From a virus (Duplodnaviria; Caudoviricetes), in IMG/VR virus record IMGVR_UViG_3300005512_000041, positions 1-56,583 of that record: DNA of 56,583 nt, one strand, 5' to 3'. Below are positions 1-8,471 of the stretch, in pieces. Under the pieces are notes generated by a model. The model saw only the letters and a list, made by a program, of their open reading frames with translations, did no database searches and had not been told where the DNA came from. A program made the position numbers and the translations under genes. Position 1 is the stretch's first letter. The number at the start of each line of letters is the position of its first letter.

Positions 1-2
1 TA

Positions 3-31
3 TTGATACTTCAATTCGTTTGAATTACGTT
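3..31 (+). promoter_or_regulatory. Early (pL-like) promoter with repressor operator
   Basis: TTGATA(3-8)-N17-TACGTT(26-31); palindrome TTCAA-N5-TTGAA at 10-24, the same motif as in the cro/cI intergenic region. Confidence 0.7.
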
Positions 32-161
32 CAGAGGGTCAGCACGCAATGACGCGCTGATCCCCGCCGCAGGGAATGCGGTCTCCAGCAGAAGCAAGCG
101 GCCGGGGCGACGATCGTCCCCCGATACCCCGATCGCCCCGGTCGGCTTCTTGGAGGATGCG

Positions 162-536
162 ATGTCCCCCACTCCCGCGAGTGACGTGATCATCAAGCGG
201 ATCGACGCCTTCGTCCGCGACGCCCGTGCGGTGCCGCTGGGCACCACGATGACGGTGCGGCTCTGTACGCAGGTTGAAGGTGACGCCCGCCCCTGGATCG
301 TCGCGGAGGCGGTCTGGCAAGCGAACAAGGACGCGATGTCCGGGCCGGAGATCCGCCACGAGGCGCAGAGCTTCATCGACTGCTTCGCCATCGACCTGGG
401 CATGGCGCCGTACTGCGACACCATGGTCGAGACCGACGCCCGCCACCCCCGGCACTACGCGATGAAAGCCCGCGTCTTCGGGCCGGTACCGCTCCATGCC
501 CCGGTGTTCGCCGGACTGCTGGAGGCGGCGGAATGA
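162..536 (+). CDS. Hypothetical early protein
   Basis: GGAGG at 152-156 before ATG 162; ATGA coupling to the next ORF. Confidence 0.75.
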   Translation: MSPTPASDVIIKRIDAFVRDARAVPLGTTMTVRLCTQVEGDARPWIVAEAVWQANKDAMSGPEIRHEAQSFIDCFAIDLGMAPYCDTMVETDARHPRHYAMKARVFGPVPLHAPVFAGLLEAAE

Positions 537-808
537 GCCGTAACCCTATGGCCTCGGCCGAGTTTCACCGGACGCGCCAGAAGCGCGCGGAGGAACTGTG
601 CGACGTACTTCTTCGGGCGATCGAAGAGATCAGCAAGCTGTCGAGATCCCACGCCGCGAGCGGAATAGCCGATGCGGCGCTGCACAGATACGACGAGATC
701 AGCGCGCGCCACTTTCAGGAGGACGCCAGAGCGGAGGCGGAGTTTCAGGCCGGCCAAGCGGCTGACGCGCGCCGAGAAGAACGCGCCCTTGTCGAGGGCT
801 TGTCATGA
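533..808 (+). CDS. Hypothetical early protein
   Basis: ATGA overlaps at both ends; helical, protein-like composition. Confidence 0.75.
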   Translation: MSRNPMASAEFHRTRQKRAEELCDVLLRAIEEISKLSRSHAASGIADAALHRYDEISARHFQEDARAEAEFQAGQAADARREERALVEGLS

Positions 809-915
809 CCCGCAAAGCCCTCGCCGGCTGGATTTCCGTCGCCTTCACGCTGGGCGCCCCGCAGGTGGCTGTCGCTGTGATCGTGTTCACCGCCCTCTGG
901 TTCGGAGTCCGATGA
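805..915 (+). CDS. 36-aa membrane peptide
   Basis: Hand-translated MTRKALAGWISVAFTLGAPQVAVAVIVFTALWFGVR; ATGA coupled at both ends; not in the ORF track. Confidence 0.65.
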   Translation: MTRKALAGWISVAFTLGAPQVAVAVIVFTALWFGVR

Positions 916-1016
916 TGACCCTTCGCGACAAGGTAATCGGCGTCATGGTTTTCGGTGCGGTCGGGTTCGGCCTCGGCGTGATGATCATGCTTGCCATTGC
1001 AGGAACGCCGGCATGA
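912..1016 (+). CDS. 34-aa membrane peptide
   Basis: MMTLRDKVIGVMVFGAVGFGLGVMIMLAIAGTPA, single TM helix, ATGA coupled. Confidence 0.65.
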   Translation: MMTLRDKVIGVMVFGAVGFGLGVMIMLAIAGTPA

Positions 1017-1381
1017 GCCCCCTGCCCGTCATCAACCGCCCCGAGCCCGGCTTCTACTGGACCCGGCTTGTGCGCGGCGGCCCCAGGGTTCCGGCCCGCA
1101 TCTGGCGTCCCTGCTGCTGCACCGTCAACGGCGGCGACGATCAGGCGGAGCACGACTGGATTGAGACCTGTGACCGGTTCCCGCGGATGCGCTGCACCGT
1201 CGCCGGCTTTGAACGCGACCCGGTCGAGGAATGGCCCTCGCTCGCCGGCCGCACCATCCCGGAATCCGAGTTCCGGTACATGACCGACGCCATGGAGTGG
1301 GACCGGCAGAACGCCCCGTCGGCCCCGCTCGCCAACCCCCGCAAGCCCATCTCGCTCGGCGACATGCCGAGCCTGTTCTGA
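1013..1381 (+). CDS. Hypothetical phage protein
   Basis: Coupled start; aromatic-rich N-terminus PEPGFYWTRLVRGGPRVPARIW. Confidence 0.8.
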   Translation: MSPLPVINRPEPGFYWTRLVRGGPRVPARIWRPCCCTVNGGDDQAEHDWIETCDRFPRMRCTVAGFERDPVEEWPSLAGRTIPESEFRYMTDAMEWDRQNAPSAPLANPRKPISLGDMPSLF

Positions 1382-1391
1382 GGAGGACAGC

Positions 1392-2177
1392 ATGAACGAA
1401 ATGAGCCCCGCCCCCGCCGGCCACAATTCCGGCTACGTCCCGACGCCGGAGGAGATCCGCGAAGTTCTCCAGGCCGACCACGAAACGCTCATCGCCCGGG
1501 CGAACGATCTGCTGGCGGGCTTCGAGCGCGCGCCGGCCACGGTCGAGGACGAGGATACCGCCGGCCGGGTCAGCGACTTCGTCAAGCAGATCAGCGCCGC
1601 GATCAAGAACGTCGACACCGCCCGCACGTCGACCAAGGAGCCTTACCTTGCCGGCGGCCGGGCCGTCGACGGGTTCTTCAACCCGCTGAAGGACAAGCTG
1701 AACGCGGCGAAGAAGGGTCTTGCCGACCGTGTCGGCGAGTACCAGCGCCGCAAGGCCGCCGAGGAGCGGGCCGCCCGTGAGAAGGCAGAGCGGGAAGCGC
1801 GGGAGGCTGAGGAAGCCGCCCGGAAGGCCGCCGAGGAAGCGGAGCGCGCGGCACAGACCGACGACGACCTCAATGCGGCGATCGCCGCCGAGGAAGCGGC
1901 CAAGGCCGCCGCCGCCCAGGCCGAAGCCGCGAAGAAGGCGGCGAGCGCCAACGCGGCGGACCTGTCCCGGTCCCGCGGCGAGTATGGCGCCGTCGCCAGC
2001 CTGCGCACGGTGTGGGCCGGCGAACTCGTGGACCGCACCAGCCTCGACCTGGAGGCGCTGCGCGACCACCTGCCGGAAGCCGCCCTCGAGCAGGCGATCC
2101 GATCCTACGTCAAGGCCGGCGGCCGGACCCTGCGCGGCGCCCGCATCTTCGAGAAGCAGGACACGGTGATCCGGTGA
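1392..2177 (+). CDS. Coiled-coil protein upstream of RecT (possibly Gam/gp157-like, function uncertain)
   Basis: GAGGAGG RBS; long Ala/Glu coiled coil with a small globular C-terminus. Confidence 0.8.
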   Translation: MNEMSPAPAGHNSGYVPTPEEIREVLQADHETLIARANDLLAGFERAPATVEDEDTAGRVSDFVKQISAAIKNVDTARTSTKEPYLAGGRAVDGFFNPLKDKLNAAKKGLADRVGEYQRRKAAEERAAREKAEREAREAEEAARKAAEEAERAAQTDDDLNAAIAAEEAAKAAAAQAEAAKKAASANAADLSRSRGEYGAVASLRTVWAGELVDRTSLDLEALRDHLPEAALEQAIRSYVKAGGRTLRGARIFEKQDTVIR

Positions 2178-2383
2178 TGGCGGCGCGGGCCAACAAGTTC
2201 CGGCCGGGTCGGAGGATCCGCAGCATGAACGACCTGGCCCGCCAGATCGACGCGGGCCGGTGGCTCTACTTCGCCAGCAGGCCGGTCCACCCGGGCTTCA
2301 TCGTTTCGATGCCGTTCCGGGTTCTTCACCGGCGCCTCAACCTAATCCGGCTTGCCGAGCCGAACCAGGAGCAGAAATCATGA
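2177..2383 (+). CDS. Small basic hypothetical protein
   Basis: TGATG and ATGA coupling; MAARANKFRPGRRIRS... Confidence 0.65.
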   Translation: MAARANKFRPGRRIRSMNDLARQIDAGRWLYFASRPVHPGFIVSMPFRVLHRRLNLIRLAEPNQEQKS

Positions 2384-3819
2384 ACCAGAACGCCATCGCT
2401 CACGTCGACCGGGAGGAGGCCAATCACGCCCTCTCGCTCGCCAAGGGCACCAGTATCGCCGCATTCGTCCCCACCGACTTCTCCGGCCTGCTGACCGTCG
2501 CTGATTTGATGTCGCGCTCCGGCCCGGCCATCGCCAAGCACTGCCGGAACAACCCCGGCATCTGCCTGTCCATCGCCATGACCGCATATCAGAACGGGTT
2601 CAACCCGTGGCTCCTGGCGAACGACAGCTACGTGGTCAACGACCAGGTCGCCTATGGCGGCAAGTCGATCATCGCCATGGTCAACAACTCGCCGAAGCTG
2701 CAGGGCCGGCTGCGGTACACGTTCTCCGGCGACTGGCCGAACCGCCGCTTGCGCGTGGTCGGGCGCATCAAGGGAGAGCCCGAGGAACTGGACGTCGAGG
2801 TGAAGGCCGAGACGATCACTACGCGCAACTCGCCGAACTGGAAGCAGCAGCCAGATCAGCAACTCCGCTACTACGCCGGCCGGATGTGGGCGCGGGCGCA
2901 CATGCCCGAGGTCACGCTTGGCCTGCTCGACCGCGACGAGGCCATGGAAAACCTGGAGGAAGGGCCGGACGGCACCTATGCGCCGGCGACCGCCCGACCG
3001 ACGCGGGCCGATTACGTCGCCACTGCGGAAGCCGCCGCGGATCCCGATCCGGAGCCGGAAGCCACCTTCGCGTTCATCGACGAGGTTGGCGAGATCCTGT
3101 CCGATGACATGACGGCCCTGGATTGGGTCGGCCGGTACAGCGACCACTTGGCTCGCCTCAAGGACGCCAAGGCGATCGAGACTTTCATCGAGAACAACGA
3201 GGACACCGCCGAGGCGATCATCGCCGAGGGGCGCGTCGGAGACGCGGTCGACGTCATCACCGACGCGAACAAGGAATCCCGCGCCCGGGTCTCCGCGCCG
3301 GCGCCGACGAACAGCCTCGCCGTCCGCGGCAAGGGTCCGGCGGATTGGGTCGACAACTTCATCGCCGCGGTCGACATGGAGCCGGACGTCACGTCCCTCG
3401 CTAATCGCCAGCAGGCCAACCAGGATACGCTCGACCGCCTGAAGGGCGACGACGAACGGCTCTGGAACAAGGCTATGGCAGCCGTGCGTGAGCGGGCCGA
3501 GGCGCTGACCACGGACGACACGGCGGCCGGCCAGGGCGAGGACGACGACTCCGCTCCGCTCTACGAGGACGGCGACCCTGGCCCCGGCGCCGAGGACGGC
3601 CCGTCGCCCTGGCTGGTGCCGTACAACGAGCAACTGGCCGCCGGGAAGCTCCTGCCGTACCTGACGCAGGCGAAGAAGAAGGCCGAGCAGTGCAAGAGCC
3701 CGGCCGACTGGAGGGCGTTCGCCGCGGCCAACCGGCCGAACCTCGAACACGCGCACCAGCAGAAGAACCTGGCCGACGCGGGCAAGATCCTCGCGCAGAT
3801 CGATGAGGCGCTGTCATGA
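2380..3819 (+). CDS. recT: RecT-family single-strand annealing protein with long acidic C-terminal extension
   Basis: Motifs NP..CLSIAM.A...GFNP, YVVN, NSPNWKQQPDQQLRY..GRMWAR..MPEV.LG...DE; AGGAG RBS. Confidence 0.8.
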   Translation: MNQNAIAHVDREEANHALSLAKGTSIAAFVPTDFSGLLTVADLMSRSGPAIAKHCRNNPGICLSIAMTAYQNGFNPWLLANDSYVVNDQVAYGGKSIIAMVNNSPKLQGRLRYTFSGDWPNRRLRVVGRIKGEPEELDVEVKAETITTRNSPNWKQQPDQQLRYYAGRMWARAHMPEVTLGLLDRDEAMENLEEGPDGTYAPATARPTRADYVATAEAAADPDPEPEATFAFIDEVGEILSDDMTALDWVGRYSDHLARLKDAKAIETFIENNEDTAEAIIAEGRVGDAVDVITDANKESRARVSAPAPTNSLAVRGKGPADWVDNFIAAVDMEPDVTSLANRQQANQDTLDRLKGDDERLWNKAMAAVRERAEALTTDDTAAGQGEDDDSAPLYEDGDPGPGAEDGPSPWLVPYNEQLAAGKLLPYLTQAKKKAEQCKSPADWRAFAAANRPNLEHAHQQKNLADAGKILAQIDEALS

Positions 3820-3977
3820 GCGCCCCCAGCGTTGAGCAGGCGGCCACCACACCCTTCCCGCCGAAGGACTACGCCCCCAACGAGTGCCCGCGCTGCGGTG
3901 CGTCCCTGAGCCGGGGATGCGCGCACATGGTCAAGGTCCGGGCGATGCCTCGGGCTGGGTTGGGAGAAAGCCGATGA
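3816..3977 (+). CDS. Small CxxC protein
   Basis: Hand-translated MSAPSVEQ...ECPRCGASLSRGCAH; ATGA coupled at both ends. Confidence 0.55.
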   Translation: MSAPSVEQAATTPFPPKDYAPNECPRCGASLSRGCAHMVKVRAMPRAGLGESR

Positions 3978-4294
3978 CGATCAGGATCGGAGAGACGCAT
4001 GTGTTGCTGGCCGGGGGTGCCGGGCCATCGGGAAAACCGATGTTTGTCGTCCCCGGCGACGCCAAGGCCACCGAAGCGGTCAAGCGGCTGGTGGAGGCAA
4101 TGAAGGAGATCGAAACCGCTGCGGAGTTCTTCGTGCAGCACGGCATTTCTTCGGATGCGCTGCGCGGTGGTCACTTTCAGACCTTGGACAAGGCCCGCGC
4201 CGCCCTCGCCCCCTTCACGGACACCGACGCGTCGCTTGTAGACAGCGGCCTGCGCTCGTGCGCCACACCTGAAAATGAGGAGACGGGGACATGA
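3974..4294 (+). CDS. Hypothetical protein
   Basis: GGGAG RBS; ATGA coupling. Confidence 0.7.
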   Translation: MTIRIGETHVLLAGGAGPSGKPMFVVPGDAKATEAVKRLVEAMKEIETAAEFFVQHGISSDALRGGHFQTLDKARAALAPFTDTDASLVDSGLRSCATPENEETGT

Positions 4295-4539
4295 GCGCAT
4301 ATGAGACAGAAAAGGCCAAGCAAATATGGCGGTCGGTCATCTGCAACCGAGCCTGCGCCGGCATCCCCACCGAGGCCCTAGAGGCTGGGGTGGTGGAGAA
4401 GATGGTGGAGGCGCTGGAGGGCATGTGCTGGGCACTGGATGAACTGGCCAACAATCTCGGGCCTGGAGAAGAGATGTATGAAGTGCGGGAAAGAGCCCGC
4501 GCTGTCCTCCGTCAGATCAAGGGAGACGACCATGGCTGA
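4291..4539 (+). CDS. Hypothetical protein
   Basis: GAGGAG RBS; coupled. Confidence 0.75.
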   Translation: MSAYETEKAKQIWRSVICNRACAGIPTEALEAGVVEKMVEALEGMCWALDELANNLGPGEEMYEVRERARAVLRQIKGDDHG

Positions 4540-4798
4540 TATCGTGGAGAGGCTGAATCGAGTCATTGGCGATGACGGAGCGAAGCGCGTCCTAGTCGCG
4601 ACCGATGATCTGCGCGAAGCCATCACCACCATCGCCACCCTCACCCGCCGGGTAGAGGAGCAGAGCAAGCTGATAGGCGACCTGCGAACCGCATTGATCA
4701 ACATGGTGGACGACGGCGACCGGACCGACAAAGCGGCGGCTGTTGAATTGATCCGCGTCACCGCCCCCACCCCTCCCCAAGGAGACGACCATGGATGA
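4532..4798 (+). CDS. Hypothetical protein
   Basis: GGGAG RBS; MADIVERLN start typical of small phage ORFs. Confidence 0.75.
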   Translation: MADIVERLNRVIGDDGAKRVLVATDDLREAITTIATLTRRVEEQSKLIGDLRTALINMVDDGDRTDKAAAVELIRVTAPTPPQGDDHG

Positions 4799-5117
4799 CC
4801 TGAGAGAGAAGGTGGCGCGCGAGTTCCTGTCCAAATCTGGAATTGATCTTGATTGGGCGCCACTGGCCGGAGGTAAGCGCGCCACCGATTTAGCGGCAGA
4901 TGCCTTTGACGACTGGCTCGCCGCCATCCACGCCGCTGGCCACCGCATCGTGCCGGTGGAGCCTGCGGAGGAGGAGGCTCTCGCGGGTGTCAGCCCTGAC
5001 CTATTGCGGGTGGTTCAGAGGTTCGTCGCTCACTATCCGGTCGGCATCAACCCGTTTCTGGACGAAGCGTATCAGCAAGGCCGCAAGGCGCTCACCGCCT
5101 ACGGGCAGGGGGAGTAG
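4791..5117 (+). CDS. Hypothetical protein
   Basis: AAGGAG RBS; MDDLREKVAR...AAGHRIVPVEP. Confidence 0.75.
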   Translation: MDDLREKVAREFLSKSGIDLDWAPLAGGKRATDLAADAFDDWLAAIHAAGHRIVPVEPAEEEALAGVSPDLLRVVQRFVAHYPVGINPFLDEAYQQGRKALTAYGQGE

Positions 5118-5123
5118 GCACCC

Positions 5124-5402
5124 ATGCCCGCCTCGCTGGAATCCCTCTCAAGACTGCCGGATTGGCCGCTGCTGCTTTCTGACGAGCAAGCCGCCGCCTA
5201 TCTTGGCGTGTCCCGTGAGACGTTCCGCAAGGCGGTAGACGATGGAGACTTCCCGCGCCCCGTGCGCTCCCTGGGCAAGCGCGTCCTCTGGTATCGCCCC
5301 GGCCTGGACCGTGCCGCCGCCGCCCTTGCTGGTGAGCGCGTCGCGGCGAATGATAAGCCTGAACCGATCGATCAGGCGGAGTTCGACGCATGGCAACCGT
5401 GA
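5124..5402 (+). CDS. AlpA/Xis-like winged-HTH protein, probable excisionase
   Basis: LLSDEQAAAYLGVSRETFRK..DDGDFPRPV...RVLW; directly upstream of and overlapping the integrase. Confidence 0.85.
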   Translation: MPASLESLSRLPDWPLLLSDEQAAAYLGVSRETFRKAVDDGDFPRPVRSLGKRVLWYRPGLDRAAAALAGERVAANDKPEPIDQAEFDAWQP

Positions 5403-6454
5403 TCATCCAGGGCAAGCGGATCAAGGTTCCGTACATGGACCGGCGCGGCGATGCCTACTACTGGCAGCCGAAAGCCGAGATGCGGGCCGCTGGCTTCCGC
5501 CCCGAGGCGCTGGGCAAAGATCCGATCCGCGCCGCCGCCCGTGCGCAAGTTCTCAACGACGAATGGCGGGCCATCAAGAATTCCGGCGTCGGTGCCGTTG
5601 GCTTCCCGACCAACTCGTTCGGCTGGCTCTGCGACCAATACCAGCGATCCGGCTGGTACAAGGACCTGGCACCGCGCACCCGCGAGACATACGACATGGG
5701 ACTTCGCGCCCTCACCGCCAGCCCACTGGCAAAGCGCAAGGTGGTGGAAATCACCCGGGGCGATATCCGGCGCACCATGGATCGCGTGCGAGAGACCAAG
5801 TCCGAGGAATACCTCCGCAAGATCGTCAAGGTGCTCCGCCGCGTTCTGGCCTACGGCGTCGAGTTGGAGCTGATCACCGTGAACCCCGCCGCCAAGCTGG
5901 GCATCAAGGCGAACAAGCCCCGCCGCCAGCGGTGGAAGCCAGAGCACGTCAGCGCGTTTGTCAGTGCCGCCATTGAGGGCGGTTTCCCCGGCTGGGCGCT
6001 CGCCGTGATGCTGGCCTACGACACGACCCAACGGCTGGGGGATATCCTCAAGATCCAACACGGCCACTTCGACGGCGAAGGCGTGACGGTCACGCAAGGC
6101 AAAACCGACAAGACAACGTGGTGCCCTCTAGTTCCAGAAACCATTGAATTATATACACGCATCGAACGCCGATCAATAACAATGGTGTACGGAATCAATG
6201 GAAGGCCGATCACAAATCGGGTATACTTCAATCGTGTCTTTCGGAAGATTGCGGAGGCGATTGACCTTCCGCCAGACTTACAGTTTCGTGACTTGCGCCG
6301 GACTGGAATATCCGAAGTTCTAGCCGGTGGAGGACGCGGCGAGCCGATCAGCGGACACGCTCAGGGCTCGCTGGCAATCAGGGTTTACGAGGTAGCTGAC
6401 AAAGAGGCGGCGCGGTCGAGCATGGCGGCGCGGCGGAAAGGACGGGACGGATGA
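5390..6454 (+). CDS. int: Tyrosine recombinase (phage integrase)
   Basis: Catalytic set R (TTQRLGD), K (QGKT), RDLR, ISGH, Y; core-binding region with NPA. Confidence 0.92.
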   Translation: MATVIIQGKRIKVPYMDRRGDAYYWQPKAEMRAAGFRPEALGKDPIRAAARAQVLNDEWRAIKNSGVGAVGFPTNSFGWLCDQYQRSGWYKDLAPRTRETYDMGLRALTASPLAKRKVVEITRGDIRRTMDRVRETKSEEYLRKIVKVLRRVLAYGVELELITVNPAAKLGIKANKPRRQRWKPEHVSAFVSAAIEGGFPGWALAVMLAYDTTQRLGDILKIQHGHFDGEGVTVTQGKTDKTTWCPLVPETIELYTRIERRSITMVYGINGRPITNRVYFNRVFRKIAEAIDLPPDLQFRDLRRTGISEVLAGGGRGEPISGHAQGSLAIRVYEVADKEAARSSMAARRKGRDG

Positions 6455-6789
6455 GCGACAGCATCACGTATGACGACATCCTGCGGCTTGCACGGAAGTA
6501 TCCGCGACGGCCTGAATACTTCGGCCTGGACCTCGCTCGCGGGCCGGACCTGACCGGATTCAATGTGGTCGAGACACAGCCGCGTACCAAGACCGTCATG
6601 AAGCGGTGTCGCTCAGGCTCTCACCCGTTCATCCACTGGCTGGCGCGGTGGCTGCCCATCAACCCCTACGTCGAGTGGGACTGGCCGGAGCGCGTGCCGG
6701 ACAACGATCACGTCTACATCGTTGGCAGCTATCTGTTCGCCACCCCGATGCAGCACCGTATGCTGGTCGATATTTCGAACTTCAGTTAA
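6451..6789 (+). CDS. Hypothetical protein between int and attP
   Basis: ATGA coupled to int; ends just before the arm-type repeats. Confidence 0.65.
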   Translation: MSDSITYDDILRLARKYPRRPEYFGLDLARGPDLTGFNVVETQPRTKTVMKRCRSGSHPFIHWLARWLPINPYVEWDWPERVPDNDHVYIVGSYLFATPMQHRMLVDISNFS

Positions 6790-6815
6790 GCGGGCGAGGG
6801 AACAATGAGCGGACA

Positions 6816-6988
6816 AAAGTCTGAAAGCGTCCGGGGAAAGTCTGAAAGTTGGCGACCCCTACGGGATTCGAACCCGTGTTGCCGCCGTGAAAGGGCTGAG
6901 GCTTTCGCCCACCCCTGCGGCGTTTCAGACAAATCAACCACCGCTCCCGTCTATGCCGGTCAAGGGCTTAGGGGCGGGAGTCTGAAAG
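6816..6988. repeat. Integrase arm-type sites (GTCTGAAA x4)
   Basis: AAAGTCTGAAAG at 6816 and 6837, inverted TTTCAGAC at 6923, AGTCTGAAAG at 6979, on both sides of the core. Confidence 0.75.
6850..6896 (-). other. attP core: 3' half (47 bp) of tRNA-Glu(TTC)
   Basis: Reverse complement GCCCTTTCACGGCGGCAACACGGGTTCGAATCCCGTAGGGGTCGCCA = anticodon arm, T arm and CCA; D arm and 5' acceptor strand absent. Confidence 0.9.
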
Positions 6989-7019
6989 CCGGACCCCAGG
7001 TGGATGGAGGTGGCGGCGA

Positions 7020-8471
7020 ATGAATGTGCTCTCGGTCTGCTCCGGCATCGGCGCGCCCGAATGCGCCTGGCACCCGCTCGGCTTTAAATCGGTGGCGTTC
7101 AGTGAGATCGACCCCTTCGCCTGCTGGACGCTGGCGGCTCGGTTCGGCGCATCCCGACCGATGTTCATGCCGGAACCCGAGCCGATCATGCGCGCCGAAA
7201 CACTTGAGCCAACCGACTACGACGCGGTTGTCGAGGTGCGCAAGCGGCGGGCGGCAATCCGCGCCGTCGCCAACCTGTCAACGACAGGCGCGGTTCCGAA
7301 TTGGGGCGACATGACCAGATTTCAGGAGTGGCCGGATGCAGATGTCGATGTTCTCGTCGGAGGCACCCCGTGCCAATCCTTCTCAGTCGCAGGCCTTCGA
7401 GCGGGCCTTGCTGACCCGCGTGGGAACCTCGCCCTCACCTATCTTGCCATTGCTGACCGATATCGCCCCGAGTGGCTGGTCTGGGAGAACGTCCCCGGCG
7501 TCCTGTCGAGCGACGGAGGACGGGATTTTGGTGCCATCCTCGGGGCGATGGGGAAACTCGGGTATGGGTGGGCCTACCGAGTCCTTGACGCTCAATACTT
7601 CGGAGTGGCCCAGCGACGCCGTCGTGTGTTCGTTGTCGGATATCTTGGAGACTGGCGACGTGCCGCAGCGGTACTTTTTGAGCGCGAAAGCCTGTCGGGG
7701 AATCCTGCGCCGCGCCGAGAAAAGGGGCAAGGATCTGCCCTCGACACTGTCGGAAGCCTTACGGCAAGTGGCCGCGGTGGCGAGCGGGTAGGCGAGAGCC
7801 GGGGCCAAGATCCGGTTGTCCCGGTGGCCTTCGGCGGGAACAACCAAGCCGGGCCGATCGACATCGCGACAGCCAGGAACGCGCACGGTGGCCCGCACGG
7901 GCGCCTCGACTTCGAAACCGAGACGTTCGTTGTCGCGGGCGCGATGCCGGCGGCCGGCGGGACTGAGCGCAAGCACGGACACGGCTGGGGTCAGCAGGAA
8001 TGGGAAAGCGGCTATGCAATCCCGGTTGCCCACGCCCTGCGCGCCGAAGGCTTCGACGCCAGCGAGGACGGCACCGGCCGTGGGACGCCCCTGGTGCCGG
8101 TCGCCTACCGCACTGCGCCAACTCTACGGGCCATGGGCCATAGCGGGAGCCATGCGAACGCTGGCGGGCAGGTCGCGGTGGCCTTCAAGGAAAGCTAGAG
8201 CGGCACTCGGGTCGGAGACGTTCATGCCACACTCGACGCGAACAAGGGCTCCCGGCGTATGGAGGGGGTCATTGAAGGTATGGCCGTGCGCCGGCTCACG
8301 CCCATGGAGTGCGAGCGGCTGCAGGGGTTCCCGGACGGCTTCACCGCCATCACCTTCCGGGGCAAGCCCGCCGCCGACGGCCCGCGATACAAGGCGCTGG
8401 GCAACTCCATGGCGGTTCCGGTGCTGAGCTGGATCGGCGCGCGGATCATGTGGGTGAAGAATCAGTCGTGA
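7020..8471 (+). pseudogene. C5-cytosine DNA methyltransferase interrupted by an in-frame TAG at 8196-8198 (nonsense allele, split enzyme or readthrough)
   Basis: Motifs I (SVCSGIG), IV (GTPCQSFS), VI (ENV), VIII (QRRRRVF) before the stop; IX (RRLTPMECERLQGFP) and X (YKALGNS) after it in the same frame. Confidence 0.85.
7336..7791 (+). CDS. Nested +1-frame ORF resembling the beta polypeptide of M.EcoHK31I-type methyltransferases
   Basis: AGGAG RBS at 7324; RWGNSGM...SLSDILET...YFLS..ACRGILRRAEKRGKDLP pattern. Confidence 0.7.
   Translation: MQMSMFSSEAPRANPSQSQAFERALLTRVGTSPSPILPLLTDIAPSGWSGRTSPASCRATEDGILVPSSGRWGNSGMGGPTESLTLNTSEWPSDAVVCSLSDILETGDVPQRYFLSAKACRGILRRAEKRGKDLPSTLSEALRQVAAVASG

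Noticed and set aside
6850-6896. Functional tRNA-Glu gene
   Set aside because: Only the 3' 47 nt are present; sequence beyond the anticodon stem gives no D arm or 5' acceptor strand
6805-7023. 72-aa ORF across attP
   Set aside because: WRPLRDSNPCCRRER is the translation of an antisense tRNA fragment, a common false ORF
8196-8198. Genome-wide TAG recoding
   Set aside because: Other genes end cleanly at TAG with the next gene or regulatory motif directly after (5117, 9566, 39967, 46639); only one gene is interrupted
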